From Promethearchaeota archaeon (GTDB taxonomy: Archaea; Asgardarchaeota; Thorarchaeia; Thorarchaeales; Thorarchaeaceae), in contig JBHLPF010000015.1 in NCBI GenBank assembly GCA_048939765.1, positions 1 through 64,000 of the forward strand: a DNA stretch of 64,000 nucleotides, read 5' to 3'. The position numbers and the translations under genes were made by a program. The notes under the pieces were generated by a model. It worked only from the letters and a program-made list of their open reading frames with translations. It searched no databases and was not told the DNA's origin. Position 1 is the first letter of the stretch. The number at the start of each line of letters is the position of its first letter. Shown piece by piece: positions 37,472-47,344 of this stretch.

Positions 37472-40358
37472 ACGGCGGAGGAGTACGACTATCGGGCTGT
37501 GGCTCCGGCTGAAACTCAATAACTGTCCGTCGTTTCGGTTTCCTTCTAATTATTACGACATAAAGCAGTGATACGCCTACCACGCCTAGCAGGCCAAAAG
37601 TCACCACATTGATGAACAGATCATCTGCTGGGTCAAGTGGAACAAGGAATAGCTTGTTGAAGGTCTTAACATTGTCATTTGCATCAGTAGCAACAATGGT
37701 GACTTCAAAGAAACCACCGCTTGAAAGTATGAAATCTGTTGAGTATTTGTACCCTAGTGACTCTGCTACATCCCCCGTGATATCCTCGCCATTGGGGCCA
37801 AGAATGGTGATTGTGACATCCACTAGGTCGTCGTCGAACACATATGTTGTTAAATTGGCTTGATCTCCTATTCGATCCGTTTCAAGGTCGACATTATAGA
37901 TTCTCGGAGCTTCGGATTGAATAGCATGAGCCAGATTCCTGAGCAGGTTAAGATTGTCTGCTCCACCGCGAATAGCATCATACAAGATGTCATCATATAG
38001 CGTGGAACCATCAGAGATCACGATAACTCGTCCCTCACCTGATTCAGCGACTGCTACGATGGCCCTTGTCTTTGCAGCATCCAGCCAGAATAGTCCCCTG
38101 GCACCCGCTACAGAGGCATCGACTTTTAGAGTGCTCCCCCAGAGAATATAGAGGTTTGAAACCCCCTCCATTAGAGGGTCTGCCTCTACCGTTCCTCCGA
38201 AATCCTCACCGTAGAAGGCTCCTATTAATGTGGTGGGACCTTCTCCAATACCTTCTCTCAGGCATTCGATTCCATATGGCTCTAGAATTCTATTGTAGTC
38301 GACAAGTCCAAATGAAGCCTGCCCAGTGGTTTCGTTGTAGTATTCAGAGAGTACAATGAGCGTCCCGCCCTGGTCCACAAAATCATGCAAGGCTTGAATC
38401 TCACTAGAGCTATACGATGTTTCTGTGTCCATAATCATGAAGGCTTCAGTTGTTGCTAGGTCGCTGAGCGCTATACTTGGCTGAGTAAAGAAAGATTCTC
38501 CGCCAAACTGGTCTAGAACTACTCCCTGCTCTCGAAGGTAGTCCTGAAAGTATCTGTATGCTGAGGGGTCATCATAGTCTTCATCATGATGCGCCATGTC
38601 AACGAGAAGCCGACCACCGTATGTCGTGATTGAGAACTCGATTTCAAGACTCGTATAGTTCTGTCCACCGGAAGTAAGCTTCAGTTCTCCTGAATAGAAT
38701 CCTATGGAGCTCAAAGGAAGACCTGTGTGAACGTCCAATCCAATCGAAAGATAGCTGTAGCCTATCCCAACCTGTATCTGGTTCTGCTCCACTCGAACAA
38801 ACTGACTGGCATTTCCCTCAACGACCACATCCACCAATCCTAGTGAGTGTGTTGAGATGATAGTAATATTCTGGTCTGGCCGATCCTCTCCAATAATCTG
38901 AACAGATGCTGTCCCGGGCAATGTTGGATACTTTCGAGGTGTCATTATTGTAAGTTCACCTGAACCTGCGGCGATTATCTCAGAAGAGCGTGTGACATTC
39001 GGCAATCCCCAGCCCTGCGCCATTGAGTCCGCCCCGAGATCAGTCGCTCCAGCCATCAACGCAATCTTGACCTCAGTTGGAGTAAGACCGGAATGTTTCT
39101 GTATCAACATGGCGACGAGTCCAGCAACTTGTGGTGCTGATGCTGAGGTGCCAGACCACTGTGTATATAGCTCCCCATAATCAGCCAGGTCATAGACTGG
39201 ATACTCCAACGGATCAGAGTCAATCCATCGTGCTGATACAACCGATAACCCGGGCGCTACCACGTCTGGCTTGGCATAAAGCCCCAAGGGATCATTAATA
39301 TTCCTCTCAACTGGACCTCTGCTGCTGAATGCTACTACCCCCGCTGAACCAGCTGAAGCCCCCACCGTTATTGCTTCTTGAGTAATGCCAGGCGAATTTA
39401 TCGAGAACGAAGCTGGACCCGAATTCCCTGCCGCTACAACTACAGGAACTCCCTGGTTCACTGCTGCAGCAATAGCTAGGACAGAGGGCTCGACAATGAA
39501 TTGGCTCTCCGTCCAAGGGCCGCCTAAACTAATACTGATGACATCAACCCCTTGGTCCACTGCAAACTCGATGCCTTGTGCAATGACAGAGTCCACTCCT
39601 GAACCATCACTTTCCAGCACCTTGATTACCAGAAGATTCGCTCCAGGTGCAGTTCCTGTGAAATTGCCCCCACTCGCCGCACCTGTTCCCGCAGCGTTTG
39701 AGGCCACTGCAGTCCCATGTCCATTGTCATCATAAGCATCGATTCCATCGCCTGGATTCATATCAGTGCCGAGTCCAATGAAATCTTTGAAACCTATTAG
39801 TTGTCCCTGAAGATCGGGATGGTCTCCCTGGGCGCCACTATCAAGTATAGCTATCGTTGTTCCATTGCCATAGTACCCCTCTGCCCACATCCCATCCGCT
39901 GCTAGGGTTGTGGTGAAGTGCTCATAGTCCAGATCTTGGCTCATTGCATGGTACTCGATGGGCTCTCCTGTCAACACTTGCTTCTTGACATCAAGAGCGA
40001 TCCCTTGGACGAAAGAGAGGCTAGATAGGGTATCAATCTCACTTGCAGATGCATAGAGTGACACAGCAGGTATCAAATGGAAGACATGACGCATATTGTC
40101 GCCATTTACCCCTAGACCATTGATTGCGGCAAAGATACTGGCCGCGGAGGTTCCATCTGGGAAATATGCCACAATCGGCAGCTTCTCTCCTGCTGGTAGG
40201 TCGTTGATAGCTGCCGCAAGCAAAGGATCAACTATCGGGCTTGCAGAAGGAATCTCTGATTTGGCTTCCACGAGAATTAGAGATGTTGGTGCCAACAATG
40301 TGAAGATGAGAAGAACTGCAAGGAGTCTTGTTTTGAAAATGCGATAGTAGCTCACCAT
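37461..40358 (-). CDS. Membrane-anchored S8 subtilase with Site-1 protease-like C-terminal domains
   Basis: ILDSG, HGT, AAGN, GTSAS; Ig-like region; RLLVDMAH...DTE...EI..L..FV..GGTLIVLSEY domain; C-terminal TM; start moved to ATG 40358. Confidence 0.9.
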   Translation of the reverse strand: MVSYYRIFKTRLLAVLLIFTLLAPTSLILVEAKSEIPSASPIVDPLLAAAINDLPAGEKLPIVAYFPDGTSAASIFAAINGLGVNGDNMRHVFHLIPAVSLYASASEIDTLSSLSFVQGIALDVKKQVLTGEPIEYHAMSQDLDYEHFTTTLAADGMWAEGYYGNGTTIAILDSGAQGDHPDLQGQLIGFKDFIGLGTDMNPGDGIDAYDDNGHGTAVASNAAGTGAASGGNFTGTAPGANLLVIKVLESDGSGVDSVIAQGIEFAVDQGVDVISISLGGPWTESQFIVEPSVLAIAAAVNQGVPVVVAAGNSGPASFSINSPGITQEAITVGASAGSAGVVAFSSRGPVERNINDPLGLYAKPDVVAPGLSVVSARWIDSDPLEYPVYDLADYGELYTQWSGTSASAPQVAGLVAMLIQKHSGLTPTEVKIALMAGATDLGADSMAQGWGLPNVTRSSEIIAAGSGELTIMTPRKYPTLPGTASVQIIGEDRPDQNITIISTHSLGLVDVVVEGNASQFVRVEQNQIQVGIGYSYLSIGLDVHTGLPLSSIGFYSGELKLTSGGQNYTSLEIEFSITTYGGRLLVDMAHHDEDYDDPSAYRYFQDYLREQGVVLDQFGGESFFTQPSIALSDLATTEAFMIMDTETSYSSSEIQALHDFVDQGGTLIVLSEYYNETTGQASFGLVDYNRILEPYGIECLREGIGEGPTTLIGAFYGEDFGGTVEADPLMEGVSNLYILWGSTLKVDASVAGARGLFWLDAAKTRAIVAVAESGEGRVIVISDGSTLYDDILYDAIRGGADNLNLLRNLAHAIQSEAPRIYNVDLETDRIGDQANLTTYVFDDDLVDVTITILGPNGEDITGDVAESLGYKYSTDFILSSGGFFEVTIVATDANDNVKTFNKLFLVPLDPADDLFINVVTFGLLGVVGVSLLYVVIIRRKPKRRTVIEFQPEPQPDSRTPPPSIS

Positions 40359-40533
40359 GTGTCTGTCCGTCCACGCGGGGTGTTTCGACAAATCAGATAA
40401 GGGTTTTCTTGGGTGCCAGCTTGTACGAATGGCTACAGCTCGGTGGCGCCGAGAAATGGAAGTATATCCATTTTTGCATACCATTATGTGAGGATAGTCA
40501 GGAGGACTTGTCCTGTTAGAGGTGCTGAGTAAA

Positions 40534-40824
40534 ATGAGTACAAAACCGCGGATATACGAACGCCGACTTCAGATCAAGCATTTCTTTGATGATCGGGACA
40601 CCGGTGCTAAGAGAAGGACTTGGCTTGAGGTTCAGCTTCAACCCCCGGAGAAGACCGAAGAGGGTTGGGTAAATGATGGCAAGATCCGCATTTCATTGGG
40701 CGAGGATCGCGATGTCAAGGGTGCTTTTCTTCTGAATATTGACGAGGCCAGCAGGCTGTTCAAAACCCTTGAAACAGTAGTTGAGGACCATGAAAGAATG
40801 AAGGGTGAGCTCTGGAAGAGATAG
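40534..40824 (+). CDS. Small hypothetical protein (beta-sheet plus C-terminal helix)
   Basis: 96-aa ORF with a GAGGTG SD. Confidence 0.7.
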   Translation: MSTKPRIYERRLQIKHFFDDRDTGAKRRTWLEVQLQPPEKTEEGWVNDGKIRISLGEDRDVKGAFLLNIDEASRLFKTLETVVEDHERMKGELWKR

Positions 40825-40956
40825 ACGCTCAACCAGTTCTGTCCCTCAGTTCTCTGTGGGGCAGGACGCCATAATTTTCTATTTGTATCTAGATACCCAG
40901 AATATACTTATTCAGCGATTTTCATCATACTCTCTAGCGTAACAGGAGGATATGCA

Positions 40957-42015
40957 ATGGCGAATCCCAATATCGTTGCTGGCTTCCAAGCATTAATCGA
41001 CATCGAGTTTCCTGAAGTGGACGTTCTAGCAGTGACTCCCTATGTCCTGCCACTTATCTTCATTGGTGCCATGATATTGCTGTATCAGAGGCATCTGCCT
41101 CAGGACTCAACAAGACGTAACCTACTTGTAGCTGGCGGTGGGGGATGTCTTCTTGTTGCCATAGTAGTCCTAGTTTACGCAGCATTTGGAGGGACTCCAT
41201 GGATTGATTTCCAGGACTTTGGTTCTTGGGCACAAGTAATGGGAATTGTTCAGCTTCTCACTGATACACTGTATGGCTCCATTTGGATGGGAGTAATCTA
41301 TCTAATTCTCATTTCAAGCGTCTTTGTAGGAGTTGCCTATCGCACCATAGCTCCTCCGGATCCGGACTTCGTTGCACTCAGAGATGTGCTAAAAGAGGCA
41401 CAGAACAAAATGAAGTCCATGAAAGACAATGTACAGAAAATTGAGGGCGAGAACAAGGAGCTGAACGAGTTTCTCTCCGAGAAGGAGAACTCACTCACTG
41501 CACTGCAGGGACAGTTGGATGCTATTAAGGAGGAAGTCGCTGAGAGAGAAGCAGCTATGAAGGCAATGGAGGCTAGTCTAAGCTCTGCAGGCATGAGCGC
41601 TGATCAAGAACAGGAGCTTCTGCAGACTATTTCAGTTAAGGACCAGACCATCAGCAATCTTCAGGCGGAGATCGAGATGTTGAAGGAGTCGGGAGCTGCA
41701 ACTGGTGCTGTAGACGCTGATATCATGGCAAAGCTGCAGGACTATATTCGCAGGGCAGAAACGGCCTCAGAAGTATCGGACAGTGTAATCTCAGACCTTG
41801 CTGAACTGATCTCTCAGGTCGAGAGCAGTCCATTGGACGTGTCTGCGCAAATTGCTCTGACTAGTCTAATCAAGACAATGGGAAGGGCAATGGGCAGAGT
41901 GTCTGCGCCACCTAGTGGACTAGTAAAGGCAGACCCCAAAATCGAGTTGATTGGCGCTGTAATGATAGCTCATGAGATTGTTGATGGAATAAAGAAGATG
42001 ACACGGGGAACCTAA
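40957..42015 (+). CDS. Membrane protein with long coiled coil
   Basis: Three TM segments then a heptad-rich region; AGGAGG SD. Confidence 0.8.
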   Translation: MANPNIVAGFQALIDIEFPEVDVLAVTPYVLPLIFIGAMILLYQRHLPQDSTRRNLLVAGGGGCLLVAIVVLVYAAFGGTPWIDFQDFGSWAQVMGIVQLLTDTLYGSIWMGVIYLILISSVFVGVAYRTIAPPDPDFVALRDVLKEAQNKMKSMKDNVQKIEGENKELNEFLSEKENSLTALQGQLDAIKEEVAEREAAMKAMEASLSSAGMSADQEQELLQTISVKDQTISNLQAEIEMLKESGAATGAVDADIMAKLQDYIRRAETASEVSDSVISDLAELISQVESSPLDVSAQIALTSLIKTMGRAMGRVSAPPSGLVKADPKIELIGAVMIAHEIVDGIKKMTRGT

Positions 42016-42091
42016 TTCTATATTCTCTCGCTTCTTCTCCTGTTAGGCACACACAGATTCCAACCCTCACGTCGATTGAATGAGTCGATGA

Positions 42092-42622
42092 CTAGAATTT
42101 CTCTGATACCACCACTTGTGTCATAGGTCTACGTGGTCTTTTCTCTGGCATAGCCCCAGCTATATGGCCAATCGGAATTATGGCAACAGGCCGCATCTCA
42201 TCGGGAACTGACACTGCTTTTGCCGCCAGGTCTTCATCAAATGCTCCTATCCAACATGCGCCATATCCTTTCATATGAGCTGCTAGGAGCAAGTTCAGTG
42301 TCAAGGCGGCGGTGTCTTGGAGAACGTATAGTGTTTCACCCCTCTTTCCATATCTCTCGGCTGATTCCTTCGGAACAGCGCATACAACCAAGACGACAGG
42401 TGCCTGGGCAAGAAATTTCTGGTTAAGCGCAGCCTCGACAAGAGAGGCCTTGGTTTTCTTGTTCCTGACAACAACTACACGCCATGGTTGTCTATTGCCA
42501 GCAGATGGGGCACTGAATCCCACCTCAAGTATTTCATTCACATTCTCTTCACTGATATCTATGCTATCGAACTTTCTAATCGAGCGTCTCCTCTTTATTG
42601 TGTCCAAACAGCTTTCATTCAT
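42092..42622 (-). CDS. Nitroreductase family protein
   Basis: RRSIRKF, APSAGNRQPW, GYGACWIG. Confidence 0.93.
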   Translation of the reverse strand: MNESCLDTIKRRRSIRKFDSIDISEENVNEILEVGFSAPSAGNRQPWRVVVVRNKKTKASLVEAALNQKFLAQAPVVLVVCAVPKESAERYGKRGETLYVLQDTAALTLNLLLAAHMKGYGACWIGAFDEDLAAKAVSVPDEMRPVAIIPIGHIAGAMPEKRPRRPMTQVVVSEKF

Positions 42623-43598
42623 TCTTGTACGCCTCCGGATTCACAATGTTTGGCGGAGTTTCACCTTGAAGGGCAGCTATCAAATTCGCAGCGCTCATCT
42701 TTGCCATCTTTGCTCGTGTGTCTATGCTTGCACTCCCAATGTGCGGCAAAATAACGACATTATCAAGCTTAAGTAATCTGCTTTTCATTGGGATGGGCTC
42801 CTCTGTGAATACATCAAGACCCGCACCCGCAATCAATCCTGTTTCCAGCGCTTGAGTCAAAGCGTCCTCATCAATCACCGGACCCCTTGAGGTATTCACT
42901 AGCACTGCAGACGGCTTCATCATCTGCAACTCGTCGATTCCAATCATCCCTCGGGTATCATCTGTCAAGGGAACGTGAACGGAAACAACGTCTGACTCGC
43001 GAAGAAGTGTTTCTAGATCTGTTCTCAAAGCGTCCAATTCAGACTCAATCTCCTTCTTCCTGGACCTGGAGTGATAGAGTATCTTCATCGAGAATCCAGA
43101 TGCCCGTCGGGCTACAGCAGTGCCTATTCGACCCATTCCTATGATTCCAAGTGTCGATCCGAAGATATCCCTTCCAAGAAGCATCATAGGATCCCATGCA
43201 ACTCTCCAATGGCCATTCCTCACGTATCGATCGGCCTCGGGAACCCTTCGACATGCAGCTAGGATTAGAGCCCAGGTTAGGTCTGCAGTTGTTTCTGTGA
43301 GAATCCCTGGTGTGTTCGTGACAGCAATATTTCTTTCAGTCGCGTTTCGAACGTCGATGTTGTCATAGCCCACGGCGCATTGTGCAACAACTCTCAGGCT
43401 AGGAAGGGAATCCATCAGCTCAGCATCAATTGGGTCTGAGAGGAGTGTGACAAGTCCCTTACACCCTTGAGCACCCTTGATTATTTCAGCCTTTGATGGT
43501 GGTTGATTCTCGGTCCAGACAATAGCATCAAAATTCGCCTTTATCTGTTCTAGACCATCCTCCGGTATTCTTCTAGTTACAAATACACGATCTCTCAT
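42615..43598 (-). CDS. gyaR: Glyoxylate reductase / D-2-hydroxyacid dehydrogenase
   Basis: AVGYDNID, TNTPGILTETTAD, GMGRIG, NTSRG, LDVFTEEP, PHIGS. Confidence 0.9.
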   Translation of the reverse strand: MRDRVFVTRRIPEDGLEQIKANFDAIVWTENQPPSKAEIIKGAQGCKGLVTLLSDPIDAELMDSLPSLRVVAQCAVGYDNIDVRNATERNIAVTNTPGILTETTADLTWALILAACRRVPEADRYVRNGHWRVAWDPMMLLGRDIFGSTLGIIGMGRIGTAVARRASGFSMKILYHSRSRKKEIESELDALRTDLETLLRESDVVSVHVPLTDDTRGMIGIDELQMMKPSAVLVNTSRGPVIDEDALTQALETGLIAGAGLDVFTEEPIPMKSRLLKLDNVVILPHIGSASIDTRAKMAKMSAANLIAALQGETPPNIVNPEAYKNE

Positions 43599-43832
43599 TT
43601 TGGATTACTCGGATTCTCTTTGTCTTGATGATAATTCGACTTCGACTATCCTCCACTTGAATACTCCCTTGTTACCACACTTTCTCCATTATTGTCACGT
43701 AAGATCCGCCGGATTTGTAGTAGAGTAACTACTCAAAGATGGAGCATTCTGCTTTGAACTATTGTCTTATATTGCGTAGAGAGAATATATGTCGTGGAAG
43801 GTTATAGCCCGAAAGAGGGCGAGTGGTGAACA

Positions 43833-44099
43833 ATGTCCTTAGAGCTACCAAGAAGTGCAATTATAATCCTCGACAAGCTGACGCATGATGGTCCTCTGAC
43901 CCCTAAAGACATATCCACCCGAGTGGATCTTGCTCCGCGAACAGTTTCATTTGCGCTACGCAAGTTGATGGGGCAGAGACTCTGCAGAAAAATCCCAAAC
44001 CTCCAAGATATGAGGCAGCCCCTCTATCTGGCCGATGTAGAGAGAGCCAGAGAGCTTCGAATGAGGTTCGAGCATGTATTCCGTCAGGTTCTCAGGTAA
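43833..44099 (+). CDS. Winged-helix (MarR-like) DNA-binding protein
   Basis: GPLTPKDI...LAPRTVSFALRKL helix-turn-helix; PNLQDMRQPLY wing. Confidence 0.82.
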   Translation: MSLELPRSAIIILDKLTHDGPLTPKDISTRVDLAPRTVSFALRKLMGQRLCRKIPNLQDMRQPLYLADVERARELRMRFEHVFRQVLR

Positions 44100-44214
44100 T
44101 AGTAGGACCCTGCCCGTTTTTTCTGCCTTTTGTTGAGTTTGAGATTCTCGGTCATCGAAAACATTCAAGTAGAGTTAATAGTGAGGACTGAATTTCCGCC
44201 CTGGATGCATTGAC

Positions 44215-44400
44215 ATGGCGCACGAAGGAATTGTTTCTCTGCTGGTCGTTTTGGGAATTATCCTCATTGTATCGTATCAACTCGGCCCAAGTAAAGAAGT
44301 TCGTGAGGTAAAACGGCTCGAAGCGAAGGCAATGACTTTGCCATCTGCAATCCTGCTATTTATTCTTGCAGCGATTTTGTTTAGTGGAATTCTAGGCTAG
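44215..44400 (+). CDS. Small 2-TM membrane protein
   Basis: 61 aa, two hydrophobic helices; stop overlaps the convergent stop. Confidence 0.6.
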   Translation: MAHEGIVSLLVVLGIILIVSYQLGPSKEVREVKRLEAKAMTLPSAILLFILAAILFSGILG

Positions 44401-45371
44401 GTCTTTCCAAACTCCATTGCAACAAGCTTGCAGAAAATCGCTGCTGACACAAAATCCGCTGTTGTGCCGGGGTTTAGAAGATTTCCTTCCTTTCTCAACT
44501 CATCATCTAGATGCGCGAGTAAGTCTTCACTCTCTATGCCATTCATGCCATTTCCAACAATTCTCTCAGCGAGAGATCTGACTTGTTCAGCTCTCTTAAT
44601 CCCCGCTTTCTTCAGGATAAGCCCATCATGTTCCCGTGATAATTGCCAGATGAATGTTCTAACGATGCCTTCTTCTAAGTCCTCAAGACATTTGGCCACT
44701 TCATCCAAGTAAGGAAAGACCTGACCGAGAATGCCCTGATAATATTCTGACCATTCTCGAGAAATGGGATCAACATTGGCTGACATTTTGAAGAGATCTC
44801 GCAGAGTCATGTTGTCTTCTCTAATATTGTCAAACACCTCAGGATTCTCGACATCAAATCTGTCGTGAAGCTCAGTCCAAGTAGCATCTGCCCTGCTCAA
44901 TTGCCCTCCTGGTAGGATTAGATGGAATGCTCTATAGAGATCAATTGTATCTTCACATGTTGTACTGTCAATAATTCGTCTGATCCAGGAGCTCATCTCG
45001 CTTGAAACGAATTTCTTTGAGGCGGCAATGGTTGCTCCAGCCGCGATGACGAGTGGCACATGTAGAAGAATGGATCCAAAGATCGTATTCCGCTGATTCA
45101 AACCAGAAAATACATCCTTGGAAAACTCGTGGATGATGCTGCCGATTTTCACATCTTCCGGACTGATAATCTCCTCGGCTAGTTCTTGCCCTCTTGATGC
45201 TGCTAAATACAAGCCCCTGGAGGCGAGAGATGCACTGGCTAGAAAATGTCGGTATCCAGTGTCAGAGAATCTTCTAAGCCTGCTCACATTTCCTGGCTTG
45301 GGGGAACTAACCTCCATTAGAATGGAAAGCTGTCCTAGACTTGCAATTTTCCATGGTATATTCGTTTTCAA
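44397..45371 (-). CDS. citG: Triphosphoribosyl-dephospho-CoA synthase (CitG family, archaeal type)
   Basis: EVSSPKPGNV, NTIFG.ILL..PL, NPGTTAD. Confidence 0.85.
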   Translation of the reverse strand: MKTNIPWKIASLGQLSILMEVSSPKPGNVSRLRRFSDTGYRHFLASASLASRGLYLAASRGQELAEEIISPEDVKIGSIIHEFSKDVFSGLNQRNTIFGSILLHVPLVIAAGATIAASKKFVSSEMSSWIRRIIDSTTCEDTIDLYRAFHLILPGGQLSRADATWTELHDRFDVENPEVFDNIREDNMTLRDLFKMSANVDPISREWSEYYQGILGQVFPYLDEVAKCLEDLEEGIVRTFIWQLSREHDGLILKKAGIKRAEQVRSLAERIVGNGMNGIESEDLLAHLDDELRKEGNLLNPGTTADFVSAAIFCKLVAMEFGKT

Positions 45372-45464
45372 AGCGAGAAGTTGGGATATGCACCTTCGTT
45401 TAAGGGATTCGCATCCGGGAGAAAAGGCTATTTGCCCAGCATTTTTCCAAGAATGTGAATCGCA

Positions 45465-45803
45465 ATGAATGCACCAATCCTCTCCGCGCGCTTGACTTTC
45501 TCACAGATTGGCCTGTTCATAGCAATAATCATCTATCTGGCGGTCAGAGGCTTCTTTGTGATACTCAACATCGGTATCCTATGGACCACAGTGGGTGGCT
45601 TTCTTGCAATAGCGATCCCTCCAATCTCAACCATTGTGATGGGATTCACAGCATGTGTTATTGCCTATGGATATTCGTACTTGGGTCTCTGGCTAATGGA
45701 CAAGAACAAACATCTCTTAGGATTGATAACAATATTTATGGCAGTGATATTTCTACCAGGCTTGCTTGGGGCTTACTCATATCTTGCATTCCCACCAGTC
45801 TAG
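45465..45803 (+). CDS. Small 3-TM membrane protein
   Basis: Hydrophobic 112-aa ORF; stop overlaps the sirtuin stop. Confidence 0.6.
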   Translation: MNAPILSARLTFSQIGLFIAIIIYLAVRGFFVILNIGILWTTVGGFLAIAIPPISTIVMGFTACVIAYGYSYLGLWLMDKNKHLLGLITIFMAVIFLPGLLGAYSYLAFPPV

Positions 45804-46546
45804 ATGTTGGTGATTGCAGGTACAATATCGGATGCCCTACCTCGAAGTACCAAGTCGGCCATGTGATCTTTATTCGTACCTGTCAGATTGACAATTATGA
45901 TTTTGGCTCCTTCATTCTTGGCTAGTTGTGGAAGAAAAGCAACAGGAAACACTGTCAGGCTTGCGCCAATTACTAGCATCAGGTCCGCAGAGCGGCACAT
46001 TTCTATGGCCTCTTGCATGGGCGTTTCAGGAAGAGGCTCGCCAAACAAGATTGCTTCAGACTTCAGGACCCCGCCACATTGGTCGCATATTGGTGGAATC
46101 TCGCCCTCTGCCACACGTCGATGAATTTCCTCTCCTATATATTGCATTCCGCAGTTCATGCAATAGGCTCGTAGATAATTACCATGCAGCTCTATGACTT
46201 TCTTGCTTCCTGCCAACTGGTGCAAGTTGTCGATGTTCGATGTAATGATTCCGCTAAGCTTACCAGTCTCTTCTAGTCTTGCAAGTCCAATATGGGCGGC
46301 ATTAGGCTCTGCCTTTAGAATTACTTCAGCTAGTTCTTGTCCCATCTGCCAGAATTTCTCGGGATTCCTTAGGAATGAATCGTAGGTGGCATATTCATGA
46401 GGGTCGTATCTTTCCCAGAGACCGCCCTCTGAGCGAAAATCCGGGATTCCTGAATCGACACTGATTCCAGCGCCGGTTAGTGCAACAATGCGTTCAGCCT
46501 TTTTGATGTGATCAATTGCTTGCTGGAGGTCTTCTTTGCTTGCCAT
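45800..46546 (-). CDS. cobB: NAD-dependent protein deacylase (sirtuin)
   Basis: GAGISVDSGIPDFR, NIDNLH, ELHG, two CxxC, GASL.V.P. Confidence 0.95.
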   Translation of the reverse strand: MASKEDLQQAIDHIKKAERIVALTGAGISVDSGIPDFRSEGGLWERYDPHEYATYDSFLRNPEKFWQMGQELAEVILKAEPNAAHIGLARLEETGKLSGIITSNIDNLHQLAGSKKVIELHGNYLRAYCMNCGMQYIGEEIHRRVAEGEIPPICDQCGGVLKSEAILFGEPLPETPMQEAIEMCRSADLMLVIGASLTVFPVAFLPQLAKNEGAKIIIVNLTGTNKDHMADLVLRGRASDIVPAITNI

Positions 46547-46720
46547 GGCACTTCATCAAACGCTTGGCCTAAAAGGCGTTTTCGGTCAGTTCGAAAAGTT
46601 TTTCTTCGAAAATGGAAAGACGGCCGACAGCCGGGGTGAGGTATAGACATTTCTCTCTATCACCTTATGGATTCCAGCCCCAGAAGCACCTGTTTGAGTT
46701 TGAGAACAAGTAGTTGATAG

Positions 46721-47344
46721 GTGGAACTGCGAAGAATGCAGGGCGAGCGTGAAAATGAGCCAAGAGAAGTCGATTTGACCGCTGAGGACGAAGAGGAGGA
46801 CTTCGAGCTCATTCCTACATCGAAGGATGATGAGATTGAGCAAGCGGATTTGAAATCTGAGGAGCTTTTCGATAAACTTCAGCGTTTGCAGGCTGAATTT
46901 GATAATTACCGCAAGCGGATGGAAAACCGCTTCAGTGAGGCTGCGAAATTCGCTTCTGAAGGAATCCTACTGAGAGTTCTTGAGGTCTATGATAACCTTG
47001 AACGAGCGCTCGAAGTTGACTTCTCTAAGAATCCCAAAGCCGCAAGGGAAGGTGTTGGCGCAATAGAGAAGCAAGTCAGGAACCTGCTAGAACGGGAAGG
47101 TGTCAAACCCAAGGAATCTATGGGAATGCCCTTTGATCCTTACTACCAACATGCTGTGGGGACCGCGAACGATGCTGACAAGCCTGATGGCTCAGTGGTA
47201 GATGTATTCCAGAAGGGATACATGTTGAAGGAGAAAGTACTGAGACCAGCGCTTGTTGTCGTGAACCGGCATGAACTCCCTCCAGATTCGGAGGGTCAAG
47301 ACGATACAGTTGATGAAGAATCGAAGAATAACGGTGATGAATGA
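46721..47344 (+). CDS. grpE: Nucleotide exchange factor GrpE
   Basis: [26 protein letters not shown]....VLRPA.V. Confidence 0.96.
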   Translation: MELRRMQGERENEPREVDLTAEDEEEDFELIPTSKDDEIEQADLKSEELFDKLQRLQAEFDNYRKRMENRFSEAAKFASEGILLRVLEVYDNLERALEVDFSKNPKAAREGVGAIEKQVRNLLEREGVKPKESMGMPFDPYYQHAVGTANDADKPDGSVVDVFQKGYMLKEKVLRPALVVVNRHELPPDSEGQDDTVDEESKNNGDE

